Numbered from the stretch's first letter, positions 48,301 through 58,954 are shown. The stretch: DNA of 64,000 nucleotides from an uncultured Gammaproteobacteria bacterium (GCA_905479195.1 CAJQLO010000001.1:368694-432693); one strand, 5' to 3'. Notes: generated from the sequence alone by a model not told the origin. A program made the numbers and translations.

Positions 48301-49224
48301 ATGAACAATAATATTGAATGTTCAGTCGCCCTGATAAAAAATAGTGTTGAATATTTATTTTCAAAGAGAAGAAAAGAGCCATTTAATGATTATTATGAAT
48401 TTCCTGGTGGGAAGATAGAGGGGTCAGAAACTCCAGAAGAATGTTTGGCTAGAGAGTGCTATGAAGAATTAGATATACAGATTAATAAAAGTATATATCA
48501 TGGTGAAATAATCCATCTATACAAAAATCTATCTGTAAAATTACATATATTTGAAATTATTGAATATAGTGGAAAAATCAAAGCTAAGGAGGCACAGAAT
48601 CTTTTGTATGCTAACCCTTCCACATCTAATCATTTATTTCTTGAGTCAACTACTAGAATATTAAATAGGTTGAGACTCAGGGAATTATTTTATATTACTC
48701 CAGTGAATTTTGATAATATACCTCAAAAATTGAAAAATACTAATAGTACTAATTCTTTTATTAGATTAAGATCATTTGGGTATTCTGTATCAAATTATGT
48801 TCTCGCAGCAGAAAGATTAGCTCAGTTTTGTTTTAAAAAAGATATACCTTTAATTGTTGATAAAAAATTTAGTAATGATTTAGGTGATATTAATATAGAT
48901 GGAATTCATTTCACCTCTCAAAATCTAAATAAAATTGATAATTATGAGCATATAAAAGAAAAAAAATTAATTTATTCTGCATCATGTCATAATTTGAGTG
49001 ATGTCATGATTGCTAATAAATATAATTTTGATTTTATAATTTTATCTCCAGTAATTTCTACAAAGTATACTCAAGAGATACTTGGATGGGAGAAGTTTAA
49101 AATTATTTCAGATAAATCAAATATGCCAGTGTTTGCATTAGGTGGAATAAAAATTAGCGATCTTCAGTTATGCAAGAAGTTTAATGGTTTTGGAGTATCA
49201 GGTATAAGTAGTTTTTGGAATTAA
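48301..49224 (+). CDS. mutT: Nudix hydrolase (MutT-like 8-oxo-dGTP diphosphatase) fused to a ThiE/TenI-like thiamine-phosphate-synthase-fold domain
   Basis: N-terminal Nudix box (FPGGKIEGSETPEECLARECYEELDI). C-terminal ~200 aa TIM-like domain (SPVISTKYTQ...ALGGI). Immediately after secA, the same placement as E. coli secA-mutT. Confidence 0.65.
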   Translation: MNNNIECSVALIKNSVEYLFSKRRKEPFNDYYEFPGGKIEGSETPEECLARECYEELDIQINKSIYHGEIIHLYKNLSVKLHIFEIIEYSGKIKAKEAQNLLYANPSTSNHLFLESTTRILNRLRLRELFYITPVNFDNIPQKLKNTNSTNSFIRLRSFGYSVSNYVLAAERLAQFCFKKDIPLIVDKKFSNDLGDINIDGIHFTSQNLNKIDNYEHIKEKKLIYSASCHNLSDVMIANKYNFDFIILSPVISTKYTQEILGWEKFKIISDKSNMPVFALGGIKISDLQLCKKFNGFGVSGISSFWN

Positions 49225-49227
49225 TGC

Positions 49228-49995
49228 TTAAAGAGAACAAGTGGTTAGTATGAAGCTCAAGTCTTCTTGGTGTGGAACCAGGTTATTCTTATCATCTTTA
49301 GTCATGAACATTATAGTTAATCTCTGTTTACCTACACTGATTTGAGGATAATAATATAAATCAGAAGTAAGTGTTACTCGAATAAGAAGAATATTTTTTT
49401 TTGGATCAAGTTTCTCTATAAAAAAACCTTTTTCTGCCATTCTATCTTCAAATCTACCAGACTTTCTTATTACTTCTAAGATGAAATCAATTGATCGTTT
49501 GATAAACACCAGTGGTTCAAGCCATAAATCTATTTGTGTTTCTCTGATCAATATATCTCTTGATAACCAAAATTCAATAGAAGCTGGCTGTAATTGAGTA
49601 AAACAGTTTTTTAGTATCGTCTTAAAAAGAATATCATGTTCCAGATAGTCTAGATAATTTGACTCAATATTATGAATTAATTTTAAAAGAAGATTTTGCT
49701 TTTCTAAAACTGAATTTAATTTGTTACTATCTGCTTGAGGCATTTCTTTTATCTTTTGAAAATAACTATTTTGTGTTTCAATCTCTCTAATCAGTTCAGA
49801 TTTTATATCACTTCGTGATAAAATTTCATACAGCTCACAAAATGCTAATAGAGCAATATAATTTTCACTTTTATTATCTTTACTTTTAAAATAGTAAATC
49901 TTATTTAACAAAAATTCAATTTTAATAAATTTTCTAATTTTTTCTTGGACAGGCTCTTCATATAATGAGACCTGATTATCTGATAAGCTATTCAT
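49228..49995 (-). CDS. zapD: cell division protein ZapD
   Basis: YEEPVQEKIRKFIKIEFLL aligns with E. coli ZapD FEHPLNEKMRTWLRIEFLI. C-terminal LYYYPQISVGKQRLTIMFM aligns with QLYPQISGHKSRFAIRFM. Confidence 0.85.
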   Translation of the reverse strand: MNSLSDNQVSLYEEPVQEKIRKFIKIEFLLNKIYYFKSKDNKSENYIALLAFCELYEILSRSDIKSELIREIETQNSYFQKIKEMPQADSNKLNSVLEKQNLLLKLIHNIESNYLDYLEHDILFKTILKNCFTQLQPASIEFWLSRDILIRETQIDLWLEPLVFIKRSIDFILEVIRKSGRFEDRMAEKGFFIEKLDPKKNILLIRVTLTSDLYYYPQISVGKQRLTIMFMTKDDKNNLVPHQEDLSFILTTCSL

Positions 49996-50570
49996 TCTTT
50001 TAATTTACTATATACTTCATTAAATTTTATTTGTAATATTTCCATAGTATCATTATTAGATATGACATAGTCAGAATATTTTGCATAATACTCTGAACTT
50101 CTTTGATATTTGTTTAAGATTATAAAATCTTCAACTTTAGATTTAGATTGAGATAAGTACCTTTTTTCTCTTATTTTTAAACTTGTTTTAATGGAAATTA
50201 TTTTAAAATTAAATTTAATATTATTCCTTGTTTCAATTAGTGGTAACTCAAGAACTATCTTGCTATCTTTAGACTCATTAAGTATAAAATTTAATTCTTT
50301 ATAAAAAAAAGGATGGACTATTGAGTCAATCTTATTTTTATTTTCTTCAGAAGATAGAAGTATAAATTTTAAATTTTTTAAAGATATTTTTCCATCATCA
50401 CTTGAAATATTAAATTCTTTATTCAACTCATTTATAACAAGTTTATTATTTTGAATAATATTCTTGGCAAGAATATCTGAATTTATATAATGATAACCTT
50501 TTCTTTGGAAGCATTTGCTTAAAGTTGATTTACCAGATCCTATTTTCCCAGAAATTATAATTAGCTGCAT
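49992..50570 (-). CDS. coaE: dephospho-CoA kinase
   Basis: N-terminal IIISGKIGSGKST P-loop. 192 aa. zapD-coaE order as in E. coli. Confidence 0.8.
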   Translation of the reverse strand: MQLIIISGKIGSGKSTLSKCFQRKGYHYINSDILAKNIIQNNKLVINELNKEFNISSDDGKISLKNLKFILLSSEENKNKIDSIVHPFFYKELNFILNESKDSKIVLELPLIETRNNIKFNFKIISIKTSLKIREKRYLSQSKSKVEDFIILNKYQRSSEYYAKYSDYVISNNDTMEILQIKFNEVYSKLKE

Positions 50571-50659
50571 AGTTTTATCGTAAAAAAGCTGTCAGCAGTA
50601 TTCCTATAAACATAATTATAGTTAATGTTAACAGTAACGGTCTTCTTTTCATTTTAATC

Positions 50660-50857
50660 TCACTTATAATATTTGCAGTTTTGATAATCAATATTATTAT
50701 TTACGCAATACTCTTCATTTGTTATATAGGAATTACAATGTCGGCAGTATTGGGTTTTATTGGCTTTCTTTTTCATGACCTTTGTTTTTTTTACCAGCAA
50801 TGATTTAGCTATCATATAGGCTAAAAATATTACTAATAGTATTATAATTATACGCAT
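50660..50857 (-). CDS. hypothetical small membrane protein with Cys-rich tail (65 aa)
   Basis: N-terminal TM helix (IIIILLVIFLAYMIA) followed by a lysine-rich stretch and CRHC...C...C. No family recognised, and it could be spurious. Confidence 0.3.
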   Translation of the reverse strand: MRIIIILLVIFLAYMIAKSLLVKKTKVMKKKANKTQYCRHCNSYITNEEYCVNNNIDYQNCKYYK

Positions 50858-50963
50858 ATTTAAATTTTGAATGGTATTCTTTTATTATTATAGACTATAA
50901 TATATGATTCTAGATTAAATATTAACCAATGATTGGTTTTTAATTATACATAAGGCCTTATAT

Positions 50964-51707
50964 ATGAACAATAGTGAAGTGACATTACATATAGTTAAAT
51001 GGATTAAAGATTATGTTAAATCGTCTGATTGTAATATAAAAAGTTTAATTGTTGGTGTATCTGGAGGTATTGATTCTGCCTTAACAAGTACTTTATGTGC
51101 TATGACTGGAATTCCTACTATAGTAATCAAGATACCACTTAAAACCAAAGATTTTTCTTTAAGTAAATTACACTGTGATTTTTTATTATCTAAATATAGT
51201 AATATTAAAGTTTATGAAGTTGATCTAAGCGATACTTTTGATAAATTTCATGAAACATGCGTGAAATCTGATTTTATTAATGATTTAGGTTTTGCTAATA
51301 GTAAATCTCGATTAAGAATGATGTTGCTTTATCAGGCATCAGCTTCTTTTTCAGGAATAGTTGTTGGAACAGGTAACAAGGTTGAAGATTTTGGTGTTGG
51401 TTTTTTTACTAAGTATGGTGATGGAGGAGTTGACATATCTCCTATTGCAGATTTAACTAAATCTGAAGTGAGATCTTTATCAAAAGATTTAAATATTTCT
51501 AATGATATATTAAGTGCTCCTCCAACTGATGGTTTGTGGGATGATGATAGGACAGATGAACAGCAACTTGGTCTGACATATGAAGAATTAGAAGAGGCCA
51601 TGTCAAACAAAGATAGTGTTCACAGAGAAAAATATTTAAGCATCAGAAAAAAGAATATACATAAAATGCAAAATATCCCTGTCTGTATTATAAAAAATAA
51701 AAATTAG
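50964..51707 (+). CDS. nadE: NH3-dependent NAD+ synthetase
   Basis: PP-loop VGVSGGIDSAL. 247 aa. Confidence 0.8.
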   Translation: MNNSEVTLHIVKWIKDYVKSSDCNIKSLIVGVSGGIDSALTSTLCAMTGIPTIVIKIPLKTKDFSLSKLHCDFLLSKYSNIKVYEVDLSDTFDKFHETCVKSDFINDLGFANSKSRLRMMLLYQASASFSGIVVGTGNKVEDFGVGFFTKYGDGGVDISPIADLTKSEVRSLSKDLNISNDILSAPPTDGLWDDDRTDEQQLGLTYEELEEAMSNKDSVHREKYLSIRKKNIHKMQNIPVCIIKNKN

Positions 51708-52579
51708 AAATAATTATATATATTTAAAAAATCAAACCAACTTGAACCATTATCTTTCTCAATCTCTATTTTCTTCGCTGCTTTAATATTTTTTTTGGCT
51801 GTCACAATCCCGTTTCTACTTGTTATTATGTAGTCAGGATAATTTTCTTTTAAAACTCTAGATGTATCGGCAGCCAAATCATTCATCTTTAAATATGTGT
51901 AACTCTCTATTAACATTAATAAACCCTCTTCTGTACTAGGGGTGCCATTATAATTAACTAATAGATATTTTATCCTTTCTATTGCTGCTATATGAGCTGA
52001 TCGCTTAATATAATATTTAGCTATATATAGTTCATTGGCAGCCATCTGGTTCTTAATGTATATTAATCTGTTTCTTGAGTCCTTGGCATACTTACTATCT
52101 GGAAATTTATTTATTATCACAGAAAAGTCATCAAAGGATTGTCTTAGTTTTGATACGTCATATTTTGATTCATCTTGACCAAATAGTTCAGTTATAAAAT
52201 TTTGGTCCATATTAAAATTTGATAACGCACGCAGATAGTATGCATATGAAACATTTGGATGATTTGGATATAGTCTAATAAACCTATTACAGCCAACTAT
52301 TGCTTCTTCTTTTAAATTTGACTGATACGATGCATATGCTAAATCAAGCATTGATTGAGTTGAATATATCCCAAATGGGTACCTAGCTTCTAATATATCA
52401 AAATATATGATGGCATTTGGATAATCCTCGGAATCAAGAAAGAATTTTCCTTCTCCATATATTTGGGCAGCTGACATGCCTACAGTAGGGTCTGGCTCTT
52501 TAAAAACGCCTTCCCAGTATGAGCAGCTTGATAGTAATGCGCCAAAGATAAGGTTTATAAGGAGTATTTTTGCTTTCAT
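51704..52579 (-). CDS. bamD: outer membrane protein assembly factor BamD (TPR lipoprotein)
   Basis: Lipoprotein signal with lipobox LLSSC. TPR-like repeats. Divergent from rluD as in E. coli bamD/rluD. Confidence 0.8.
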   Translation of the reverse strand: MKAKILLINLIFGALLSSCSYWEGVFKEPDPTVGMSAAQIYGEGKFFLDSEDYPNAIIYFDILEARYPFGIYSTQSMLDLAYASYQSNLKEEAIVGCNRFIRLYPNHPNVSYAYYLRALSNFNMDQNFITELFGQDESKYDVSKLRQSFDDFSVIINKFPDSKYAKDSRNRLIYIKNQMAANELYIAKYYIKRSAHIAAIERIKYLLVNYNGTPSTEEGLLMLIESYTYLKMNDLAADTSRVLKENYPDYIITSRNGIVTAKKNIKAAKKIEIEKDNGSSWFDFLNIYNYF

Positions 52580-52614
52580 TTTGTTATTATAGATTAGTTA
52601 CGTGAGATTACACC

Positions 52615-53571
52615 ATGAAAAATGTCACTTTTTATAAGTTTGATATTGAGCCAGAGAAAAATCTGAGGCTAGATCAGATTATATCATCACGCTTGCCAGA
52701 ATATTCAAGATCAACTATTAAAAACTGGATTAATGCAGAAAAAATATTAGTTAATGGCAAGACTTGTTCTCCGAAAGATAAGATTGCAATTAAATCTGAA
52801 ATTGAGATAGAAGTGCATCCTAATGAAGAGATAGATATTATCTCAGAAGATATTGCCTTAAACATACTACATGAGGACGATAATCTTATAGTTGTTAATA
52901 AAAATAGTGGAATGGTTACTCATACCGCAGTTGGAAATTATTCAGGTACACTGCAAAATGCTTTATTATTTAGATATCCTGAATTAAAAAATGTACCTAG
53001 GGCTGGAATAATACATCGTCTAGATAAGCAAACTTCCGGACTATTAATTATAGCAAGGTCACTTCAGTCACATAATTATTTAACGCAACAGATCCAGGAT
53101 AGATTAATAACCAAAAAATACTTAACCATCACATCTGGAATTTTAAAAAATATAGGCATAATAGATGAAAAAATAGGCAGACATAAAATTAATCGAAAAA
53201 AAATGGCAGTAACTTTCTCTGGAAAAGAGTCTATTTCAAAATTAAAAATTTTACGTAGGTTTGACAAGGCATCATTAGTTGAAGTTGAGCTTGTAACTGG
53301 AAGAACACATCAGATACGCGTCCATTTATCATTTGTTGGGCATCCAGTTTTAGGCGATAGACTATATGGGTTTAGAAAATCTATTTTTAGCAAAAACTCT
53401 GAATTAATTAAATTTTTAGATCTATATAATGGTCATGCATTACATGCGATGTCATTAGAATTTAAGCATCCAGCCACAAAAGAAAAATTCTTTATAGAAT
53501 CTTCGCCGCCAGATGAGTTTTTGAAAATCCAATCATTGATTGAGAAATATAGTTATGCCGATACAAATTAA
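52615..53571 (+). CDS. rluD: 23S rRNA pseudouridine synthase D
   Basis: S4 domain N-terminus (RLDQIISSRL), catalytic HRLDKQTSGLLIIAR motif. 318 aa. Confidence 0.9.
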   Translation: MKNVTFYKFDIEPEKNLRLDQIISSRLPEYSRSTIKNWINAEKILVNGKTCSPKDKIAIKSEIEIEVHPNEEIDIISEDIALNILHEDDNLIVVNKNSGMVTHTAVGNYSGTLQNALLFRYPELKNVPRAGIIHRLDKQTSGLLIIARSLQSHNYLTQQIQDRLITKKYLTITSGILKNIGIIDEKIGRHKINRKKMAVTFSGKESISKLKILRRFDKASLVEVELVTGRTHQIRVHLSFVGHPVLGDRLYGFRKSIFSKNSELIKFLDLYNGHALHAMSLEFKHPATKEKFFIESSPPDEFLKIQSLIEKYSYADTN

Positions 53572-54280
53572 ACCAGTAATTTGGGAAGTACCTGAAAATA
53601 TAAAAGCTTTTTCTACAACGCGTATAGGAGGTTATAGTAAAGGTGAGTATAAAGATTCTAACTTAAGTCTAGATGTAGGCGACGAACAAACTCATGTTAG
53701 GAAAAATAGGAAAGATATAAAGAAAACTTTAAATTTAATAATGGAACCTTGCTGGATGAAGCAAATACATAGTGCAACTATAAGAAAAGTTAACCAGTCA
53801 ATATCAGGTTTAGTATGTGATGGGTCTTATACGGATACAGTGGGCCTTCCATGCGTTGTTTTGTCGGCTGACTGTTTACCTATATTGGTCTGCAATAAAA
53901 ATGGAACAAAAGTTGGGGTAATTCATGCGGGCTGGAGAGGTCTGCATAGTGGTATAATTACAAAATTTATTAAAAGGTTTTCAAAGGATCCCTCTGAACT
54001 TATATGTTGGATTGGCCCCTCTATCAGTCAAAATAGCTATTTAGTCCGAGAAGATGTTTATAATAAACTATCCGTAATATCTTCGACAATATTTAATAGA
54101 ATTGATGAAGAACACTGGGGGCTTGATTTAAAAAAAGCAGCTAAAATTTTCTTAAAAGATGCAGGTGTTAAAAAAATATTTACAGATGAAATGTGCACTT
54201 ATCAAAGCGCAAACTTATATTATTCATATAGAGGTGAAAATAATACTGGTAGAATTGCTTCGTTAATATGGATAGAATAG
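53540..54280 (+). CDS. pgeF: YfiH/PgeF-family purine nucleoside phosphorylase/laccase-domain protein
   Basis: QIHSATI, LSADCLPIL and HAGWRG motifs of the YfiH family. Follows rluD as in E. coli. Confidence 0.8.
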   Translation: MRNIVMPIQIKPVIWEVPENIKAFSTTRIGGYSKGEYKDSNLSLDVGDEQTHVRKNRKDIKKTLNLIMEPCWMKQIHSATIRKVNQSISGLVCDGSYTDTVGLPCVVLSADCLPILVCNKNGTKVGVIHAGWRGLHSGIITKFIKRFSKDPSELICWIGPSISQNSYLVREDVYNKLSVISSTIFNRIDEEHWGLDLKKAAKIFLKDAGVKKIFTDEMCTYQSANLYYSYRGENNTGRIASLIWIE

Positions 54281-54304
54281 GCAATAACATGGATGAGTTG
54301 AGAA

Positions 54305-55219
54305 ATGCTGACTAAAATCATACATTATGTAAAATCTTTAAGTGTATTTAAGGTTTTTATATTCATCTTTATTGCTGGTCTTCTTTATGGCGGAATATCT
54401 TTATATTTAAAATATACTGGTTTCGCTCAATTTATGAATAAGACAAGAATTATTGCAGTAAAAGCTATGCCAGTAAAAATTGATACTATACAAAAAACAT
54501 ATCGGGCATTATCTGTAATTGAAGCACGTGAATCAATTGATATCACCTCCAAAGTTAACGGTCTCCTGGATAATATTCACTATAAAGAAGCTACTACTAT
54601 TAAGAAAGGTGATTTACTTTTTTCTATAATTTCTTCTGACACTATTGGCTTAACTCAGATACATGCTCCTTTTTCAGGAATGATAGGTCTTAGTGAGAAA
54701 AACATAGGAGACGCAGTATCTAAGGGAGAGCTCCTTACTTCATTAAATGAGCATAGTTATATGAAATTACCAATTGATTTGCCAGAGCGCATACTAGGCT
54801 ATTTAACAAATAAATTATCATTTGTTGCTATTACAGACAGTATTCCAGGTACTACATATGAAGGTACGTTAGAATATGTGAACACTAAAATAGATGTTAA
54901 AACTAGAACCATCAGCGCTTATGCTTTACTAGATAATAAAAATAATATGTTAAAGCCTGGTTTATTAATGAAATTGGATATTTCTCTAGAAGAGACAGAT
55001 GGCGCAATTTTGATACCAGAAAAATCATTATTAAGTATTAATAAAAAACACTATGTTTATGTTGCAGACAATGATGTTGCTAAATTAACAGTAGTACAGA
55101 CAGGCATTAGAAATAATGCTTTGGTAGAGATTAAATCTGGGCTGAATACTTTTGATAAAGTGATATTTATGGGTCATGAAAAGCTTAAAGATGGATCTAA
55201 AATAAAAATTATAGAGTAA
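54305..55219 (+). CDS. RND efflux membrane fusion (periplasmic adaptor) protein
   Basis: N-terminal TM/signal, HlyD-like lipoyl/beta-barrel pattern. Immediately precedes the RND permease. Confidence 0.7.
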   Translation: MLTKIIHYVKSLSVFKVFIFIFIAGLLYGGISLYLKYTGFAQFMNKTRIIAVKAMPVKIDTIQKTYRALSVIEARESIDITSKVNGLLDNIHYKEATTIKKGDLLFSIISSDTIGLTQIHAPFSGMIGLSEKNIGDAVSKGELLTSLNEHSYMKLPIDLPERILGYLTNKLSFVAITDSIPGTTYEGTLEYVNTKIDVKTRTISAYALLDNKNNMLKPGLLMKLDISLEETDGAILIPEKSLLSINKKHYVYVADNDVAKLTVVQTGIRNNALVEIKSGLNTFDKVIFMGHEKLKDGSKIKIIE

Positions 55220-55222
55220 TAG

Positions 55223-58200
55223 ATGCATATATCAGATATAACAGTTCGAAGACCTGTTCTTGCAGCAGTAATAAGTATGTTTTTAGTGCTCATAGGATTA
55301 GTTTCCTATGACAAATTATCAATTAGAGAATATCCGGATATAGATAAGCCAGTCGTCACCGTATCAACAGTATATCGTGGAGCTTCATCTGAGATTGTTG
55401 AGAGGGATATCACTCAAGTACTCGAAGATTCATTATCTGGAATCTCAAATATTAAAGAAATAAAATCTACAAGCAAAGATGAAATTTCACAGATAAGAGT
55501 TGAGTTCAACTTATCGCGAGACATGGAGTCTGCCGCTAACGATGTAAGAGAGAAAGTATCACGTGCTATTCCTAGATTACCAAAAGATTCCGAACAACCA
55601 AGAGTTGCAAAATCTGATACTGATGCAAGAGCAATCTTATGGATTGGTTTTACAAGTGAACAACTTGATAGTATAGCTCTCAATGATTATTTAGATAGAA
55701 ATATTATTGATAGACTATCTATTTTACCAGGGGTGGCCTCTATTACTGTTGGTGGAGAGAGAAAATATGCCATCAGAATCTGGCTTGATCCAGACAAAAT
55801 GTCATCAAGGCAGATAACAGTGGATGATATATTAAATGCTATAAATAAAGAAAATATTGAAAAACCAGCTGGACGTCTTGATTCAGTTGATCGAGAAATA
55901 GGAATACAGGTAAAATCAAAATTATCTGACATGAATATGTTTAATGACATAGTGATCAAGACTTATGACGATAGAAAAATAAGGCTTGGTGATGTGGCAG
56001 AAATTATTATTGGTGCAGAAAGTGATAGAGGTTTCTTGAGAGCGAATAATGAGAATGCAATTGGACTTGGCGTTGTGAGACAGACCAAATCTAATGTATT
56101 AAAAGTTGCCTCAGCTATAAAAAAAGAATTAGATTTAATCAGACCTACATTACCCAGCAACATCGACATGTTTGTGGGTTATGATCAATCAGTATTTGTT
56201 AACGAATCAATTTCTGAAGTTAGGTTTGCATTATTGATTTCAATGTTAATGGTGATCGGGGTAATATATTATTTCCTGACATCTCCTGCGGCAACATTTA
56301 TTCCTACAATTACTATACCAGTTTCATTAATCTCAACATTTTATGTCATATATGCATTAGGGTATTCATTAAATGTACTTACATTTTTAGCATTAGTACT
56401 AGCCATAGGGTTAATTGTTGATGATTCAATTGTTGTTTTAGAAAATATAAAAAGAAGAATTGAGAATGGTGAAAAAGCATTCGAGGCATCGATTGAAGGT
56501 GCTAAACAAATTACATTTGTTGTAATAGCGACAACACTTGTGCTTGTTGCTGTATTTCTTCCATTATCTTTCATGGGTGGAAAGACAGGGAGACTATTTA
56601 TTGAATTTGGAGTAGTTTTATCTTTTGCTGTAATTTTTTCAAGTATTGTTGCTTTAACATTAACTCCAATGTTATGTTCAAAGCTAATTAAAAATAAAGA
56701 AAAGATAGACAAAGAACCTGTTCTTATTAGAAAATTTAGAAAATTTTATAGAGAGTCTTTATTAGAATCACAAAATAATCCAAAAAAGGTTTATCTTTTT
56801 TCAATTATGATGATAGTTATATCTATACTATTATTTCAAGTAGTACAAAAAGAGTTAGCTCCAACAGAAGATAGAGGGATATTTATTATTTCTATTACAG
56901 CTCCGGAGGGATCTACTCTTAGCTATACTGACTCAATAGTTCGTCAAGTTGAGAAAACTTTAAAACCATATGTAAAAAATAAAGAAATTAATACTGTATT
57001 TTCAATTGTTGCTCCTGGATTTTCAGGAAAACCAGGTGAAGTTAATTCAGCTTTTATGTTTACCACATTAACTGACTGGGGTAGTAGAAGACATCAAAAA
57101 GATATTGTCCGAGAAATTTTTCCTCAATTATTATCTATTCCTGGAGCCAGAATATATGCTATTAACCCGCCAAGTCTCGGTGGTAGTCGCTTTACGCCGC
57201 CTGTTCAGCTAGTAATTGGCGGAGGAAATTATGAGGATGTTAATGAATGGGGAAATACTTTAATAAAGGAGTCTGCTGGTCTTAAATTGAGAAATGCCAA
57301 TATTGATTATAAGATTACAAGTCCACGGTTAAATTTAAAAATAAACAGAGACAAGGCTTATGAGTTAGGAGTGTCAGCTGATTCTATCACTAGAACAATG
57401 GAGATATTGTTAGCTTCAAATCAAGTCACAACTTTTTCTAAAGACGGCTTAACTTATAATGTAATCTTGCAAGCTGATAAATCATTTAGAATTAACCAAA
57501 ATAGCTTAGATAATATATTTGTTAAATCCTCAAACTCATCTCTCATACCTTTATCAAATCTAGTTACATATGAAGAGACATCTACCAGTCAAAGCTTGAA
57601 GAGAATTAATAGATTACCTTCGACAATATTTTCCGCATCTTTAGCTCCAGGCTATCCATTAGGTGATGCATTGAAAGATTTAATTGGCGTTACAGATTCT
57701 GTATTACCAGCTAATGCTAAAATATCGTTTAGCGGTCAATCAAAAGAATATTATGAGTCAGGCAGTAGCTTAGAAATAACAATTTTATTTGCTATATTAA
57801 TTGTTTACCTAGTTTTGGCAGCTCAGTTTGAAAGTTTTAGAAAGCCACTAGCCATAATATTAACGGTACCTATAGCTCTAACTGCTGGACTTTATACTTT
57901 GTTTTTAACTGGAACCTCTATAAATGTATATAGTCAAATAGGATTTCTGATGTTAATTGGATTAATTACTAAGAATGGAATATTAGTTGTAGAATTTGCA
58001 AATCAATTAAGAAAACAAGGGATGAGCGTAGATGAAGCAATCTTTGAGTCATCTTTAATAAGATTGAGACCAGTTTTAATGACAACTATATCCACTCTTT
58101 TAGGAGCTGTTCCTCTTGTAATGAGTAGTGGTGCAGGAGCTGAAAGTAGGTATTCTATGGCAATTGTTGTTTTAGGGGGGATCACTTTATCTTCTTTAGT

Positions 58201-58249
58201 TACACTGTATCTAGTGCCTGCATTATATAGATTGATAGAAAATAAGTGA
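55223..58249 (+). CDS. RND-family efflux permease (AcrB/CzcA-like, 12 TM)
   Basis: 1008 aa. Two large periplasmic loops between TM1-2 and TM7-8. N-terminal RRPVLAAVISM.LVLIGLVSY typical of AcrB. Confidence 0.9.
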   Translation: MHISDITVRRPVLAAVISMFLVLIGLVSYDKLSIREYPDIDKPVVTVSTVYRGASSEIVERDITQVLEDSLSGISNIKEIKSTSKDEISQIRVEFNLSRDMESAANDVREKVSRAIPRLPKDSEQPRVAKSDTDARAILWIGFTSEQLDSIALNDYLDRNIIDRLSILPGVASITVGGERKYAIRIWLDPDKMSSRQITVDDILNAINKENIEKPAGRLDSVDREIGIQVKSKLSDMNMFNDIVIKTYDDRKIRLGDVAEIIIGAESDRGFLRANNENAIGLGVVRQTKSNVLKVASAIKKELDLIRPTLPSNIDMFVGYDQSVFVNESISEVRFALLISMLMVIGVIYYFLTSPAATFIPTITIPVSLISTFYVIYALGYSLNVLTFLALVLAIGLIVDDSIVVLENIKRRIENGEKAFEASIEGAKQITFVVIATTLVLVAVFLPLSFMGGKTGRLFIEFGVVLSFAVIFSSIVALTLTPMLCSKLIKNKEKIDKEPVLIRKFRKFYRESLLESQNNPKKVYLFSIMMIVISILLFQVVQKELAPTEDRGIFIISITAPEGSTLSYTDSIVRQVEKTLKPYVKNKEINTVFSIVAPGFSGKPGEVNSAFMFTTLTDWGSRRHQKDIVREIFPQLLSIPGARIYAINPPSLGGSRFTPPVQLVIGGGNYEDVNEWGNTLIKESAGLKLRNANIDYKITSPRLNLKINRDKAYELGVSADSITRTMEILLASNQVTTFSKDGLTYNVILQADKSFRINQNSLDNIFVKSSNSSLIPLSNLVTYEETSTSQSLKRINRLPSTIFSASLAPGYPLGDALKDLIGVTDSVLPANAKISFSGQSKEYYESGSSLEITILFAILIVYLVLAAQFESFRKPLAIILTVPIALTAGLYTLFLTGTSINVYSQIGFLMLIGLITKNGILVVEFANQLRKQGMSVDEAIFESSLIRLRPVLMTTISTLLGAVPLVMSSGAGAESRYSMAIVVLGGITLSSLVTLYLVPALYRLIENK

Positions 58250-58258
58250 TAGAAGTTA

Positions 58259-58585
58259 TTATTTCATTGGCAATACTTTCAAGCCATCTTGCTTAGAAAA
58301 GTATTCTGATAAATCTTCTATATCTTGATCAGATAACCCAGCAGCAAAACCACTCATGATTGCATTTTTTCTAGATCCAGATTTATATGCATGCAAAGTA
58401 TTCATAAGGTAATTTTTGTATTGTCCGGCTAATTTTGGGTATATTGTTATTTGTGAATTTCCATCTGAACCATGACATGCAGCACAAACTTCCGCTTTAG
58501 CTTTCCCTGCATTATAATCAGCATAAACTAATTCTGTCGAAATTAAATTTAAACCAATAATCATTAATAGTTGTATTATTTTCAT
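58259..58585 (-). CDS. monohaem class I cytochrome c (c4/c5-like half)
   Basis: Signal peptide, CAACH haem-binding motif, downstream Met ligand region. 108 aa. Confidence 0.7.
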   Translation of the reverse strand: MKIIQLLMIIGLNLISTELVYADYNAGKAKAEVCAACHGSDGNSQITIYPKLAGQYKNYLMNTLHAYKSGSRKNAIMSGFAAGLSDQDIEDLSEYFSKQDGLKVLPMK

Positions 58586-58896
58586 TTCAATAACTCAAAA
58601 TACTGTGCTATATCGTTTATATCTTGATCACTTAATCCTATAGCATTTGCATGCATTGTTTTATGATCTCGATCTTTGTTACGATATGCTTTTAAAGCAG
58701 AGACTATATAGTCTGCATGTTGACCTGCTAACTTAGGAACCTTATATGTAGGGTAAACATTATTATAACCAGGAATTGCATGACAGCCAGCGCATGTTTC
58801 TGATTTTATTTTCCCTGGATGAATTTCATCTGCAATCGCATTCGAGGCAAATAATATTACAAAGGTTGTGGCAAGTAATTTATTCATTGATTTCAT
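58582..58896 (-). CDS. monohaem class I cytochrome c (c4/c5-like half)
   Basis: Signal peptide, CAGCH motif. 104 aa. 4-nt overlap with the downstream cytochrome gene. Confidence 0.7.
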   Translation of the reverse strand: MKSMNKLLATTFVILFASNAIADEIHPGKIKSETCAGCHAIPGYNNVYPTYKVPKLAGQHADYIVSALKAYRNKDRDHKTMHANAIGLSDQDINDIAQYFELLK

Positions 58897-58954
58897 AGTC
58901 TATTTAAGCCAGGATTATACACTATATTTATTAGAGATAAAACTTCATTTTTTT

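Noticed and set aside
58275-58316. 8-bp inverted repeat AATACTTT...AAAGTATT just downstream of the RND permease stop
   Set aside because: It lies inside the coding region of the convergent cytochrome c gene, has an 18-nt loop and no U-tract. Probably fortuitous.
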